A DNA stretch of 64,000 bases. It comes from Lama guanicoe (taxonomy: Eukaryota). Positions 1-11,607 of this stretch are shown piece after piece. The stretch is from assembly GCA_013239625.1 (NCBI GenBank), contig MU054049.1, positions 1,315,015 through 1,379,014 of the forward strand, in the 5' to 3' direction. The position numbers were made by a program, and so were the translations under genes. The notes beneath the pieces were generated by a model. The model had not been told where the DNA came from. It saw nothing but the letters and a program-made list of their open reading frames with translations, and made no database searches. The first letter of the stretch is position 1. The number at the start of each line of letters is the position of its first letter.

Positions 1-879
1 TCTAGAGCTGGGGAAAAGCTGTCAGGAAAGATTTTTACAAAGATCTCAGGGACTAAGTGCCAAGGAATAAAGTGATGACTTTGACTTGTAAGATAAAAAC
101 GAATTTAATTCTCTTTACCCCGGCCTCTGCCATCTTTTCATTATAAATTAAGGGGAGGAGAAATCTCTCTTCAATAACTCTGGCTCCTTCAGTGAAGAAT
201 GTTTTAGGCCCTGGAACATAATTAAAGTGATATTGTATTATAATAATACATAGATTTCAGCGGGTGCTTTCCAACGGAATTAAAACGAAGACAGATGGCC
301 GACATTTTGGTTAGAATTAGAGTCCACAGGAATATTTTGCATGGCAGCTTCTTAAAAAGGAAAATGCAAACCTCTAATAAAATGCTTTGAAATTTCACCA
401 GATATTTTCAATTGCTCTTGTTAGAGCAATATTTTAGCAAAATTTTAAAATATTGATCAGTTGGTGGTTAAGTGGCAAATAATTTATTTAGAATTGTGAC
501 AATCATAATCCAAATCCTGGTCCTGAATCTTTTACCATTATGTCAAAAATACATTAGCCTTCCCCAGGAAGTCGTCCTGGGCCTCCCAATGTGAACCCTG
601 AGGATGGAAGTTCAGTTCTAGAGTTTTCTGGTGGGAAATGGACCCCCGGAATCTGGTCAGTAGGATGTCAGGCAAACCCTGAAATGAGGGATGTTCCATG
701 AGAAAAGGGAGATGGAAGCTTCTTGAACATCAGTGTCATAAACGCTGAACAAAAGCTGTGGGGGTGTTTCAGGTTAAAGAAGGCTGAAGAGACACGGTTA
801 CCAAACACAGCACCTGCTCCTCCCCACCCCTGGCTCCTTGGCTGAGATGCAATGAAAGCTGCAAAGGGCATTGTTGGGG

Positions 880-1340
880 CCCCTGAAAACATTGGTCTAT
901 GATAGATTATGTGAAAACATTTTGTCAACATTAAATTTCCTGAAGTTGATAACTGTCCTGGGACTGTGATTATGTGAGAGATTTTCTTTATGCTGAAGAA
1001 ACACACATTAATGTACTTAGGGTTTTTTAAAAAAGTGATGGGTACAAGTTAATTGTAAATGGCTCAGAAAAAAAACTCTCTCTATATATGGGAAGATTTG
1101 TTTTATATAAATATATCTGTATATTTTCCCTATATATCTCTATATAGATAGATATAGGTTATAGATATAAATATCTCCATTTGCTTTATTATATGAACAT
1201 ATTTAGAGAGGAAGATGGTGAGAGAGAGAACATAAGGCAAATGAGGAAATTTGTTTAAGAAATCAGCAACTCACACGAGCGTGCTTTGTACTATTCCTAT
1301 TCTTGCAACTTGCAACTTGAAATTACTTAGAAATAAACTG
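880..1340 (+). mobile_element. Old L1 3' end (L1MC/L1ME type) with internal TA-rich tract
   Basis: Contains 'ttaaatttcctgaagttgataactg...gattatgtgagaga...aaatggctcagaaaaaa...ctttgtactattc...ttgcaact', resembling L1MC4/L1ME3 3'UTR; approximate ends. Confidence 0.7.
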
Positions 1341-1400
1341 AATGAAGAGTTTGAAAAGTCATGTCAGTTTTGCATGCTGATACCACTTTCCAGTCTCACT

Positions 1401-2160
1401 GAGAGGCAGTTTGGTGTTAGGGCTAAAAATACAGGCTTTGGGCATCCGGGTAGAGGGTGGGAAACCCCATGAAAAAGATGGCAGGGCCCCTACTCTCCTG
1501 CCAGCACCATCCGGTTCCCTGGCCCGGTGGCATTATCTCGCTTTTTAATTCTGAAATGGCTTACTTCTAGAAAAGTGGGAGTTACCCCTAAGATTCTGTT
1601 GGTTCCCTGAGCTAACTCCTGATTGGTCCATTTGTAATGCCTCATTTGCCTGGAGCTCACTCCTGGTTGGTTTATTTCTATCACTCCTGATTGGTCCATT
1701 TCTACAAAGTTCATTCCTGATTAGTCAACTTTGTTACACCTTATTTACATATGACGTTGCAAAGTATAGACTGGCAGCCTATAAAACGCCTGTGTAAACC
1801 TACACACGGGGTCCAGAGCTTGGAGTGTTAACTCCTCTGGGTCAGCTGGTGTAATAAACCTGAGTTCTCCAATCCTCTGAGTGCTGCTTTGTCTTTCACC
1901 TGGATCCAGGTTGCTGTCACAACTGAGCTGTAACACTGAGCTGTAACACACTTTGCTGCAACAGGTGCTTCCATTTGAATCCCAGCATTCTCACTTTTGG
2001 GTTACAGCATCTCTGGTAAGCCACTCTGTTGCTCTTTCTCTCAGTTTCCTGATCTGTGAAATGGGCATAATGATGATGATAGTTATCAATAAGCACGTCT
2101 ACCTTGTGGGCTATTTGTGAGAAATGATCGAGGTCTACACAGAAATGCTGAGAGCAGCAC
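1401..2160 (+). mobile_element. MIR SINE split by an LTR insertion (arms ~1401-1450 and ~1964-2160)
   Basis: 5' arm 'gaggcagtttggtgttagggctaaaaatacaggctttg'; 3' arm 'ttgaatcccagc...tcagtttcctgatctgtgaaatgggcataatgatg' (MIR core). Confidence 0.75.
1451..1963 (+). mobile_element. ERV1-type solo LTR, copy 1
   Basis: Ends 'ttgctgcaaca'; repeated 'actcctgattggtccattt' CCAAT units, TATA 'cctataaaa' ~1778, AATAAA ~1853; colinear with the reverse complement of 38597-39095. Confidence 0.9.
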
Positions 2161-2283
2161 CAAACCAGAATCACCCTCAGGAAGTGGACTTTTATGATGC
2201 TTTTCAAGGAATGCACACAATTACTCTATATGCAACAGTAAGGGTGTGGAAAGAGCCAAGATGAATCTAAGGCACAAAAGAAA

Positions 2284-2330
2284 AAGAAGGAGAAGAGGAG
2301 AGGAGAGGAGGAGGGGGAAGAGGGAGGAGG
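2284..2330. repeat. Purine-rich (GAG/GGA)n low-complexity tract
   Basis: 'aagaaggagaagaggagaggagaggaggagggggaagagggaggagg'. Confidence 0.85.
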
Positions 2331-2339
2331 AATTACCTA

Positions 2340-3500
2340 CAAGTAATCAAGTTTCCTAAGCTGTAGTAAATAAAACAGTGTGACATGAACCCAGTGTAAA
2401 CAGATACAAAAAGCAGCACAGAATAGGAAGCCCATTAACAGTTCAAACACGCGTTAAGCAGGTATAGAATAGAAGAAGCATTGCAAAGCAGGAGACAAAG
2501 TAAAGCTTACTAAATAAATGATAGGACAATTAATGTTTCGTAACTAAAATTAGCCCATACACGAAAATAATTTCCAAATAAATTAAAGACCTAGTCATGA
2601 AAAATGCAACCACTTTCAAGTTAAAAGAAAAAGAGTTTCTTAGACAAGACAGGAAAACAAAACACACAAAAAGGAAAAGATCAATCTTTGATTATATCAC
2701 ATTCAGAGACTTCTGCAGAGCAAACATAAAAGATAAGTAACACACTGAGAAAAATATTTGCGATGCATGACACAAATAACTAATATCCAGAAAAGACCAA
2801 TCACCAAGTGAAACTAACAGGAAGTTTACAGAAAAAGAAATCTGTTTGGTAAGTACAGGGGAAATGGTTATTCTCACTAGCCATCAGCAACACAGAGCCT
2901 AAAAACTTGGAGGTGATATTTTATAACTCTGACTACCAAAAGAAAGAGAGAGAGAAGTCCGACAATTTTGAGGATTACTGAATCTGTAGGGGGACAGACA
3001 GTCCAGAGTGCACTGATGGGGAGCAATTCCCATAAGAGAGTTGTACATACAAATGACACAGTAACTCCTCATCCAGGTGTGCCTCCTAGGAATGCGAACA
3101 GCTGCATGTGGGTTCTAGGAGGTAGGACTGAGAAGGCTCACTGCAGCTTCCGTGGTCATGCAAAAAGTAAGAAACAACCTAAATTTGGTCAAACTGGAAT
3201 AGATAATGAAATTATGATGTGGTGTTTCAGCAGAATCACAGAGGTGGTTAAAATGAATATGCTTGATTCATAGGCTCAGAATGAGAAGACACAGATGTTA
3301 CCCATGCGAGGGTGGTACTCAGGTCAACATTTTAACACCTAGAAAGCAACACAGGAAGTAAGCACAGTCAAAGCAGGGGTGCTGCTTCCTCTGGAGAGGG
3401 AGGGAGGAAAACAAGACAGAGGAGGCGAGCCAGCCCCATCTCTGATGCTCTGTTTCTTTGACGGATGTGCTGATTTTTCTATCTCCTTTTATGTACAGGT
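2340..3500 (+). mobile_element. Highly decayed L1 (ORF2 3' part to 3'UTR, L1ME-like)
   Basis: A-rich strand with remnants such as 'ccatacacgaaaataatttccaaataaattaaagaccta', 'taatatccagaa', 'ggaagtttacagaaaaagaaat'. Confidence 0.65.
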
Positions 3501-3589
3501 GTCTTTAAAAAGAACCAAATTTTTAAATGTGTTAACACTCAGGCTGTTGGGTCAATGGACATTGTTACATGGATCTCAGCTTTAAAAAT

Positions 3590-3960
3590 AGTTTCAGATT
3601 TGTTATATTCATCCATTTATTTTATTTCTTAGAGTTGACATGTAAATGATAGCACACACTGTTTGTCTTTCTCTGTCTGACTTATTTCACTTAGCATAAT
3701 ACCCTCCACGTCCACCCATATTGTTGCAAATGGCAACATTCTGTTCTTTTAGGGCTAATAGTCCATTGTATATTTATACCACATCTTTAGCCCTTCATCT
3801 GTTGTTGGATACACAGGTTATTTCTGTCTTGGTTATTTTGTTTTATTTTTTAAATTGAAGTCTTGTCAGTCTACGATGTTGCATCAATTTCTGGCGTGCA
3901 GAACATTAGCCCTCCCCATCTCTTTCCCCTTTGGTAACCATAGTTTGTTTTCTACATGGT
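3590..3960 (-). mobile_element. L1 3'-region fragments (two pieces, join ~3835)
   Basis: 'tttgtctttctctgtctgacttatttcacttagcataataccctcc...gttgcaaatggca' and 'tttaaattgaagt...cccctttggtaaccatagtttgttttcta'. Confidence 0.85.
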
Positions 3961-3969
3961 TGGTACTAC

Positions 3970-4235
3970 CTTTATACCCAAGTTACAGATGGGAAAACTG
4001 AGCACTGGGAGGAAGACTACACATGCTTAACCACTACTATCTCTACTAATAATATCCAAAACACTAACTAGCTATGATACCTTGACCAAGTGATTAAAAC
4101 CTTGTCCACAAAATGCAGATAATAGGGGGACCTATTTCATAGAGTTGTCATGGGGACTGCATGAGCTAATGTGAAGTGTTTATTTAGCAGAACGTGCAGC
4201 GTATCATAAGCACTCAGAAATGTTGGCTGTTACTA
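3970..4235. mobile_element. MIR fragments (both orientations)
   Basis: 'ttacagatgggaaaactgag' and 'ccttgaccaagtgattaa...aaaatgcagataata...cactcagaaatgttggctgttactatt'. Confidence 0.7.
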
Positions 4236-6024
4236 TTTCTTTTATTACTTGTGAGCCTGAGCACTTAATAGGTTTACTGTCTATTTGCAATTCTTCAATG
4301 AATTGTCTGTTCAAATAATTTGCACATTTTTTTCATCAGGTTTCATAAATTTAAACTTTTCCTTCCAGGACAGAGTGGTTTGTGTATTTACATGGGTCAA
4401 AAGCAGAATTAAGTGTTAGAACATCTGCCACCTTACCAGGTACACTTTGCATTATCTGTCCTGCATGTCCTTAGTTCTTGCTTGCCAGTTCTTGCCATCC
4501 CCTCACTGCCACCGTCATTTGTTACACATGCCCATTTCTGGGTGTAAACTGATAGGCGCCGAGGCTGCTGTCCGTCTGACATACTAGCTCTCTGGGCTTG
4601 GTAAAGGCTTCAGAGTCCTGAATCATTTGACCCATGTCCAGGATACAGGCTATCACTCCAGAGACAGAACATTAATTCTAGAGACAGCCTGCTGGCCTCT
4701 GAGCCTTGACTTGGTGCAAGTTCTGGGAAAGAGCATCTCTGTGGATACAACAGATGTCCATTGCCTTTTTAAGAAATAACGGTTGATGTTAAAAGGAGAT
4801 TTTGCAAAGATGCATGACTCTTGCCTTTTCTATCTGTTTCTATGCATATTTCTAACTATCACTCTACCTTGATCTCTATCTGTCTTGGCTTCTTCCTCTC
4901 TGCCCTTCTGATCTGATATTTCTTCTGCTATATCTGGCCCTACTTTTCTGTTGGTCTCTGCCTCTCTCCCTCCTTCCTTCTTTTGATCACAGGATTAAAG
5001 ATGACTTTAAAAATTAAAGATTCTTCTGGGTAACTCCCAGCCTACTTTACTCCATAATAAGATGGATTCATATTAGTGACAGAGAGGCATCTATGCAGCT
5101 ACATTTTCTCATTTTATGTAATTATTTTGATTTGACTGAATTAAATTTAGCTTAATTTTCACATGATCCTACAAGGTAAGTATTACCATCCTCCCTTTTA
5201 TTGGCTCAGAAACTGAGACTCAAGGAAGCTTGCTCTGTTTGCCAGCAATGGAGCCATGGCTTGAAGCCAGATTTGTCTAGGTCCCAAGCCCAGAGATCTT
5301 TCTGCCACAGGAAACTTCCCATTCTCCAATGGCCCAGAAGCATTTGTAAGTTGCAGCTGGAATGTGACAGACAGGAGTGCTGCTTACTGTCTGGTCAAAG
5401 TGAGGAAAGCCATCTGTCCAAAGGGACACACACATGTTTTAGAGACTGAGCCCCGATGAGCTAATGCGCCCCACTATCCCAGTCACCGAAGCACCCCCTG
5501 CCACGCAACAGGGACGTACACCCCTCTTCCCGCATGCTTCACTTACCCAGGAGGAGGACAAGGGCTCTCAGCATGCGGATCCCCAAGCCCATGCTGCCTG
5601 TCTGCTCCTGGCTCCTTGAAAGGGCGGGCTGAGTGGCCCGCCTCGGTGGGGACAGGAGCCAAGCCTCACGTGACAGATGGGGAAGGAAGCCGCCGCCACA
5701 GCCCAACACGGCTCAGTTCCTCTCTGCCCTGTCATCCTTGTCTGTGAAGTGGCAGGAGGGAGCTGGCCCACAATGAGGGTTCATCGTGGTATGGTGGGGC
5801 AGGGGGAAGAGGGATGGGTACTGGTCCTCACTCAACATTATCTCCTGTAATCTTCCTCACTCAGGGCCAAACCCAAGTGGGGCTGGGTGCAGTTCCTTGC
5901 CCAAAGACCCCAGCCCATAAGTCTCAGAAAGGGATGTGGGCAAAGCTTGTCTGCTGGGATGTCTAGCTCCTACAGTGGCCCCCATGGCTTTGTGGGGCAG
6001 AGACAGGAAGTGCCCCTGAGCCCA

Positions 6025-6501
6025 CAGCACTGCCCCATCACTGTTTTTGTGACATAGACTCCTTTACGTCTGGGGCAGCCTATGACTCTCTCCTCAGAAT
6101 AACATTTTTAAATGTCCAGAATAAAGTACATAGGGGTTATAAAAGAAACTAGTTATTTTGAAATACAGTTATCAAAATATTTAAAAAACAGCCTTGTGAT
6201 ACAGAAACACACGTGCTCCTTTACCCACACAGGAAATAGCAAGATTAGCAGCAGGTGAAAATCCTACCACCATCTTGACGTCGTGATGATCATAAACGGT
6301 ATTTAGCGATATCTCTAGCAACTGGGATATAGATGGAAATGCAGTTCCTACCAGTAATCAGATCATCCATGTGGCAATGGCGCTGTGGTTGGTTGGCTGC
6401 ACTCACAGTTAGAAGGAAATGCTAAGTTTCCATTAGAGGTTTGAGGGCAGAGCTGTAATATTTCCCAGCCGAAGTTCACAGATCCCAGGTCAAGTGCCCT
6501 A
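6025..6501. mobile_element. hAT-Charlie DNA transposon fossil (Charlie4a-like)
   Basis: 'gcctatgactctctcctcagaataacatttttaaatg...tgaaatacagttatcaaaatattt...gaaggaaatgctaagtttccattagaggtt...aagttcacagatcccaggtcaag' follows the recalled consensus end to end. Confidence 0.75.
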
Positions 6502-7864
6502 CCCCGGAGGATGCTGGGTTGTCAACACAGGCTCCAACTGCAGAACTGGGGCCACGTGTTTCCATGGTTCTCCTTGACACCCATTTGACTGTCAAACCAT
6601 CGACCTCAGTGTGCAAGAAACATCACTTTGTAAAAACAGAAATCAGCTTAATGACAAAGGTTGAGCCCCATCTAAATGAGCTGGAAGAACCAGAACTCTT
6701 TGTATCCTTGCACTCCCTCAGCCAAATCCCTAACACAGCTCACTCACTGAGCACTTCCCACCAGGCCCAGCCCTCCCGTAGAATGGGAGTTTATTTGGTC
6801 TTCCATCCCAGCCCTACGAGTTAAGTGTTAGCACCACCTTCTTTAGACAGAGGAGAAAGCTACATGGCAGGGGGATGTGGCACCCCTAGGCCCACTCAGC
6901 TGGGCATTGAGCCCAGGCCATTAGCTGACAGCCTGTGCCCCTCATACTGTGCTGTGCCCTCCGTGGGTGGGTACCACTTACTCCCGAGGTCCAGGCATCC
7001 AGCCAGAGGCCGTTAGGTTGCCCTGGTGGCCACTGACACCCACTGGGCCCCTTCAGAATGGCCATTTTGCTCCTGCGTCTCATGTAGAGGACAGACCTGA
7101 ATGGAGATGCCTGTTTCTGGGGAAAGTGGTTTGCTACATTTTGGTGTCTCAAGGTTTCATCCTTTTGTTAGCAGATAGAAGGACCCTCCAAATTGGAAAG
7201 CCCACCAAATGTGTGGGTCCTTGCCCGCCGACCGAGAAAGAATTCTCAGTAGAGGAAGAGTTTTCAAAAGACCTGCCTTTATGGTTCAGAGAGAGGGAAA
7301 GGAAAGAAAACATTTGAGCGGGGAGCCATCAGCTAGGCAGAGACAGATCCAACCTGTGACTGGGCTTCGGGGTCTTTTGCTGGAGGGCTCTGCCAATGTG
7401 ACCTTCATTCTGGTGGTGCCAGTCATCTACTGTTCCCTCTTTTCTCCCATGGAGCTCAGCCCTAAAATAGGGACTTCAGAGGGGGAAAGAGAACAAAGGA
7501 AGAGATACTGGGGGATGCCCTTGGAGCTAATGCAGCAGCTGCAGGACAGAAAGTGTCCCACTGTATGGCTATGTCCTTGGAACCAAAGAGCCAGCTGTGG
7601 TATGAGAGAAATGTCCTGCCTTTCATCAGCCTGGCACTCTCTCCCCCTTGTTAGAAGCTGGTCAGGGTCAGTAAGCCTGTCTAATCACCTCTCTCACTTT
7701 TACCCAGACCCATTTTATTTCATATTAAACACTTTGAGTCAGTCTTCACCGGGAAACATACTCTGTTGTGCTTCTCTCAAAACACATGGGCTTTTCAAAT
7801 TTTTATCCCACAAGATGGGGACATTTGTAGGAGAAATATTTCACTTGCCCCTAAGTGAGCTGTA

Positions 7865-8100
7865 AGAAAACGCCAGTGCAGGTGCCACAATCCGTGGGCA
7901 GTGGCTGGGGACTGCGGGAAACACACCAGGGGAGCTACGGGCAAGCCCGGAGTGTTCGGGTGCACAAAGAGGTCCCAGGTTGACGTGAAACCACTGATTT
8001 TCTAATTTTTGGCAACTACTTTCAAAATGTTTTCACATATGGCAGGTCAAACCAAACAACCGTGTGTATTCTGCTCTAGAATACCTCTCGAGACCTGTTC
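7865..8100. mobile_element. hAT fossil, MER102-like
   Basis: 'gggcagtggctggggactgcgggaaac...tgaaaccactgattttctaatttttggcaactactttcaaaatgtttt...caaaccaaaca'. Confidence 0.55.
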
Positions 8101-8419
8101 CAGGGCTCAGACTTTCGTATATAAACCTAGGAAGGGAAGTTTCTGCAGCAACTTCTGCTTTTCATCCCACCACAACCTCCTGAGACCAGAAAATGCAGCA
8201 TCTGCTACCTACTTGAGTGGAGAAGGGGGAAATACAGAAGCTCAAAATGGTCCCATAAGCTAGAATCTGAAAAGATAGCCTGCTATCTAGCCAGTGTACC
8301 TGGGTGAGATCGGCTGTCTCAGTGTGGTATGGTGACCCCAGCCAGGATGTGTGCCCCATTCCATGTCCCTGTAATAAATGCCACGTTGGTAACCTGAGGC
8401 TGCTCCTTCACAGGCATTG

Positions 8420-8525
8420 GGATGACTCCCAAGAGACTGGGAGCCTGTGAGGTCGGGGACCAGAGCACCCAGCCTTGTGCCTGATACAGCACAAGGTCTC
8501 AATAGCTTGTATTAAATAAAGAAAT
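8420..8525 (+). mobile_element. L2 3' end
   Basis: 'gactgggagcctgtgaggtcggggacc...gtgcctgatacagcacaaggtctcaatagcttgtattaaataaagaa'. Confidence 0.65.
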
Positions 8526-8859
8526 CAGTTGGCTGACTTAGCTCACACTCAGGCTGAGCCAGCTCAGCCTCCAGGTTTGAGCGAGAAGGTTGTGAACCTT
8601 ACCTGTGGTTGGGAGGTGACTCTGCCAATCAGAAGAGAAGAAGCCAGATGCTCTGGTATTCTGCAGGCTGCTACCCCTCCCCCAGCACGGTCAAGGTCAA
8701 GGCTGGGAAGCCTCAGTCCTCCTCTAGCATCTCAGCACCAGCCTCAGAGTGCAGGATTCTTGCTTAACGTGTCCGCAAGTTGGGAGAAACGGTCAAATCC
8801 ACCACCGTTACAGGAGACTTTTTAAAAAATCAAAGCTAGGGAAAATTTTAAACATAAAT

Positions 8860-9970
8860 TGATGGATAACACTTCAATAGAATGCTGCACCCAACAGATA
8901 GAAAATAATCTTCTCAGACATTCATACAATGTTTACAGAAAAATAAAAAACACATCTGGGCCACGAAGTAACTCTCAAAAATTTCAAAAAAGAAGTGACA
9001 TGTAGATCACATGTCATGCCACAGTGCAACCGAATCAGGTTAACAGTAGCCAAAAATAGTTTAAATTTCCATCTGTTTGGAAACTTAAAAATGCATTTCT
9101 AAGTAACTCTTAAGTCAAAAATGCACTTCTGATTAACTCACAAGTCAACTTATAAGTCAATTACAGTGAAAATTAAAAATAGCTAGAACTGAATGATAAT
9201 GAAAATGTCTCCTATCAGACTTTGTGGCTTGCAAGTAAAATAACAATTAAACAGAAATTACAGATGTAAATACTTAGAAAAGAAGCACTAAAAAAGAAAT
9301 GAGCTAAGCAACCACTGAGAAGTGGCAAAAGAATAAAACTTTAAAAAAGCAGGAGAAGAAAATCAATCTGAGAGCAGAAATGAGTGACCAGAAAACAAAG
9401 ATTCAACAGGGAGGTCAACAAGTCTTAAAGTTTATCTTTAAAGCACTCATAATATGACAAGATTCTCATTGAGTAGATAAGAAAAAGAGAGGCCAAAAAT
9501 AAAATTAAGAATAAATAGAGGACTTATTTCCAAAACAGAAACAGACTCACAGGCATAGAAAACAAACTTATGGTTACTGGGGTTGGGGGGAAGAGAGTAG
9601 AAAGGGGTAAATTGGGAGTTCAAGATTTGCAGATATTAATTACTACATATAAAATAAACAAGTTTCTTCTGTATAACGCAAGGAACTATATTCAGTATCT
9701 TGTAGTAACCTATAATGAAAAAGATTATGAAAAGGAACATATGTATGTACATGTATGACTGAAACATTTTGTTGTACACTAGAAATTGACACAACATTGT
9801 AAACTGACTATACTTCAATAATAAAAAAAAAGGATAAATAGGGGACATATATTTTAATATTAAATAAAAAGAAATACAATTATCTCAATAGATGCAGAAA
9901 AATATTTGGTAAAGTCTATTACCCATCTCTATCCATGATAAAAAACATCTGATTAAAACTAGGAATGGAC
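8860..9970 (+). mobile_element. Decayed L1 ORF2 segment (host of younger L1 at 9524-9829)
   Basis: 'tctgggccacgaagtaactctcaaaaatttcaaaa', 'gaactgaatgataatgaaaat', 'tctcaatagatgcagaaaaatatttggtaaagt' (ISIDAEK RT motif). Confidence 0.8.
9524..9829 (+). mobile_element. Young 5'-truncated L1 3' end with TSD
   Basis: Ends 'aaactgactatacttcaataataaaaaaaa'; 17-bp TSD aagaataaatagaggac (9507-9523) / aaggataaataggggac (9830-9846). Confidence 0.92.
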
Positions 9971-9971
9971 A

Positions 9972-10295
9972 GGAAAGGGACATGGGGAGATGGCGGTCAA
10001 GAGGTACAAAGTCTCAGTTATGCAAGATGGAAAGGTTCTGGAGCTCTGATGTACAGCAGTGTGAATATAGTTAACAGTACTGTAGTGTGTGCTTAAAATT
10101 TGCTAAGAGGGTAAATTTTAAGTGGATTCAACAGGCACACACACACACAATGGTAACTATGGGAGGTGCTGGATATGTTCATTAGCTTGACTGGAATTAT
10201 TTCACAGTGTATACATATATCAAAACACCAAGTTGCACACCTTAAATGTCTTAGAGTTTTATTTGTCAATTATCTTTCAGTGAAGATGAGGGGAA
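9972..10295 (+). mobile_element. L1MA9-like 3' end
   Basis: 'ggtcaagaggtacaaagtctcagttatgcaagatg...aaatttgctaagagggta...ggtaactatgggaggtgctggatatgtt...tttatttgtcaattat'. Confidence 0.85.
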
Positions 10296-10299
10296 ATTC

Positions 10300-10910
10300 T
10301 TGGGTAATGCTGAAGTTACATTGCGAAGGTGAGAAAATATGCTGTAACATCTTTGAAGACAATTTTTAATTCTCTGGTAGAGCTGAATATTTATCATGTG
10401 ATCCAACCATTCTACTCCTGGAGCTAAAACCAGGGATACTTTTACACCTGTACATTCAGAGACACAGAGATGAATATTCATAGAGCCTGGTTTGTAATAG
10501 CAAATAGACCTTGAAAGGACCATAAAATCCATCAATAGGAGAACAGAGAAATAATTCATGATGAATTTTCCAATGGAATATTATGTAACTGTAAATGAAT
10601 TACAGCAAGAGAGACAACTTGGATAAAACATACACAATGTGTGAAAAGTCAAATTGCAAAAGATGACAAGCAGAATCATGCCATTTTCATAAAACACAGA
10701 AACAAGCAAAACCAAACAACAAAAAATCTAGAGAATACAGACATATTTTTCATTGAATAATACTTTAAAAATCATTGGAATGATAAACACAAAATTCAGG
10801 AGAGAGAGGGGTAAGGGAAGGAACACACAGGTAGGCAGCAGAGGTAAGGTTCCAGCTGTTTCATTTTGAGCTGGCGCATGGGTATCTGTGTTGTTATTAT
10901 GTTTCATTAG
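10300..10910 (+). mobile_element. L1ME-like 3' region
   Basis: 'tgatccaaccattctactcctgg', 'caatggaatattat', 'gaatgataaacacaaaattcagg'. Confidence 0.7.
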
Positions 10911-11031
10911 TAGGAAGATCTTATGCCGAGTTTTTCCCAGGTAAGTCCTGCTTTATATCCATTATCTTTGTGTAATTATAATAGCATCACTTTCACTCCC
11001 AAAAGTTTGACAAAGGCCAAAAGATTTGGAT

Positions 11032-11607
11032 TGTAATTACATAATAGGGAAGAACAACTCTGACTTCATCTTAGATCTCTTCCTTTATCTCTAACCCTGT
11101 GCTCTATTTTCTGTGCTTTTGTCATGCTGATTCTGCATCTTTTGTAAAGGAATGTTGCCTATAACCTGAAATATACAGAATAGCGCATTCTCAAGACTCT
11201 GACCTTTAAGAGTATAACACTTTTTCTTTTGATGGGAGAAGCAAAAAACAAAAACCAAACAACAAACAAAAAACAGTATAACACTTTTTCACTCATATAG
11301 AGATAAAAAGTTGCAGAACAGAGAATAACATCTGTCTTGTTAGAGGTTTACAGGAACATCATGACCTGACCTAAGTGAACAGCCGCAAGAACAAAGAATT
11401 CTGACGCTAAGAAATTTACAACAAACCACACCCCCTCCCCTTTATAGGAGACTGAATGTGGCTCACATGGCTCTCTGGGACATTAGTCTTCCATCTTCTG
11501 GATCTGCTCACTTTCTGAATAAAGTCGTTATTCCTTGCCCTAACACCCTGTCTCCCGATTTATTGGCCTTTTGTGTAGCACGCAAAATGAGTTTGGACTC
11601 GATAACA
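11032..11607 (+). mobile_element. ERV1 solo LTR (MER34-like)
   Basis: TG...CA termini ('tgtaattac'...'gataaca'); 'tctgacttcatcttagatct' near 5' end; 'gaataaagtcgttattccttgcc...gagtttggactcgataaca' 3' end; TSD not clean. Confidence 0.8.

Noticed and set aside
1745..1951. Similar short peptides from ORFs 1745-1951 and 38609-38818 suggesting a gene family
   Set aside because: Both are antisense translations of the same LTR family
7209..7865. Longest ORF (218 aa) and other long GC-rich ORFs (22783-23361, 36704-37285, 39134-39685, 54416-54973)
   Set aside because: No recognisable domain; several have non-ATG starts; overlapping ORFs in multiple frames and P/S/G/L-rich composition are typical of chance ORFs
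9087..9160. ~30-bp diverged tandem duplication within L1 (and 13-bp repeat tggacctagagtc at 31794/31832)
   Set aside because: Ordinary small slippage duplications with no further structure
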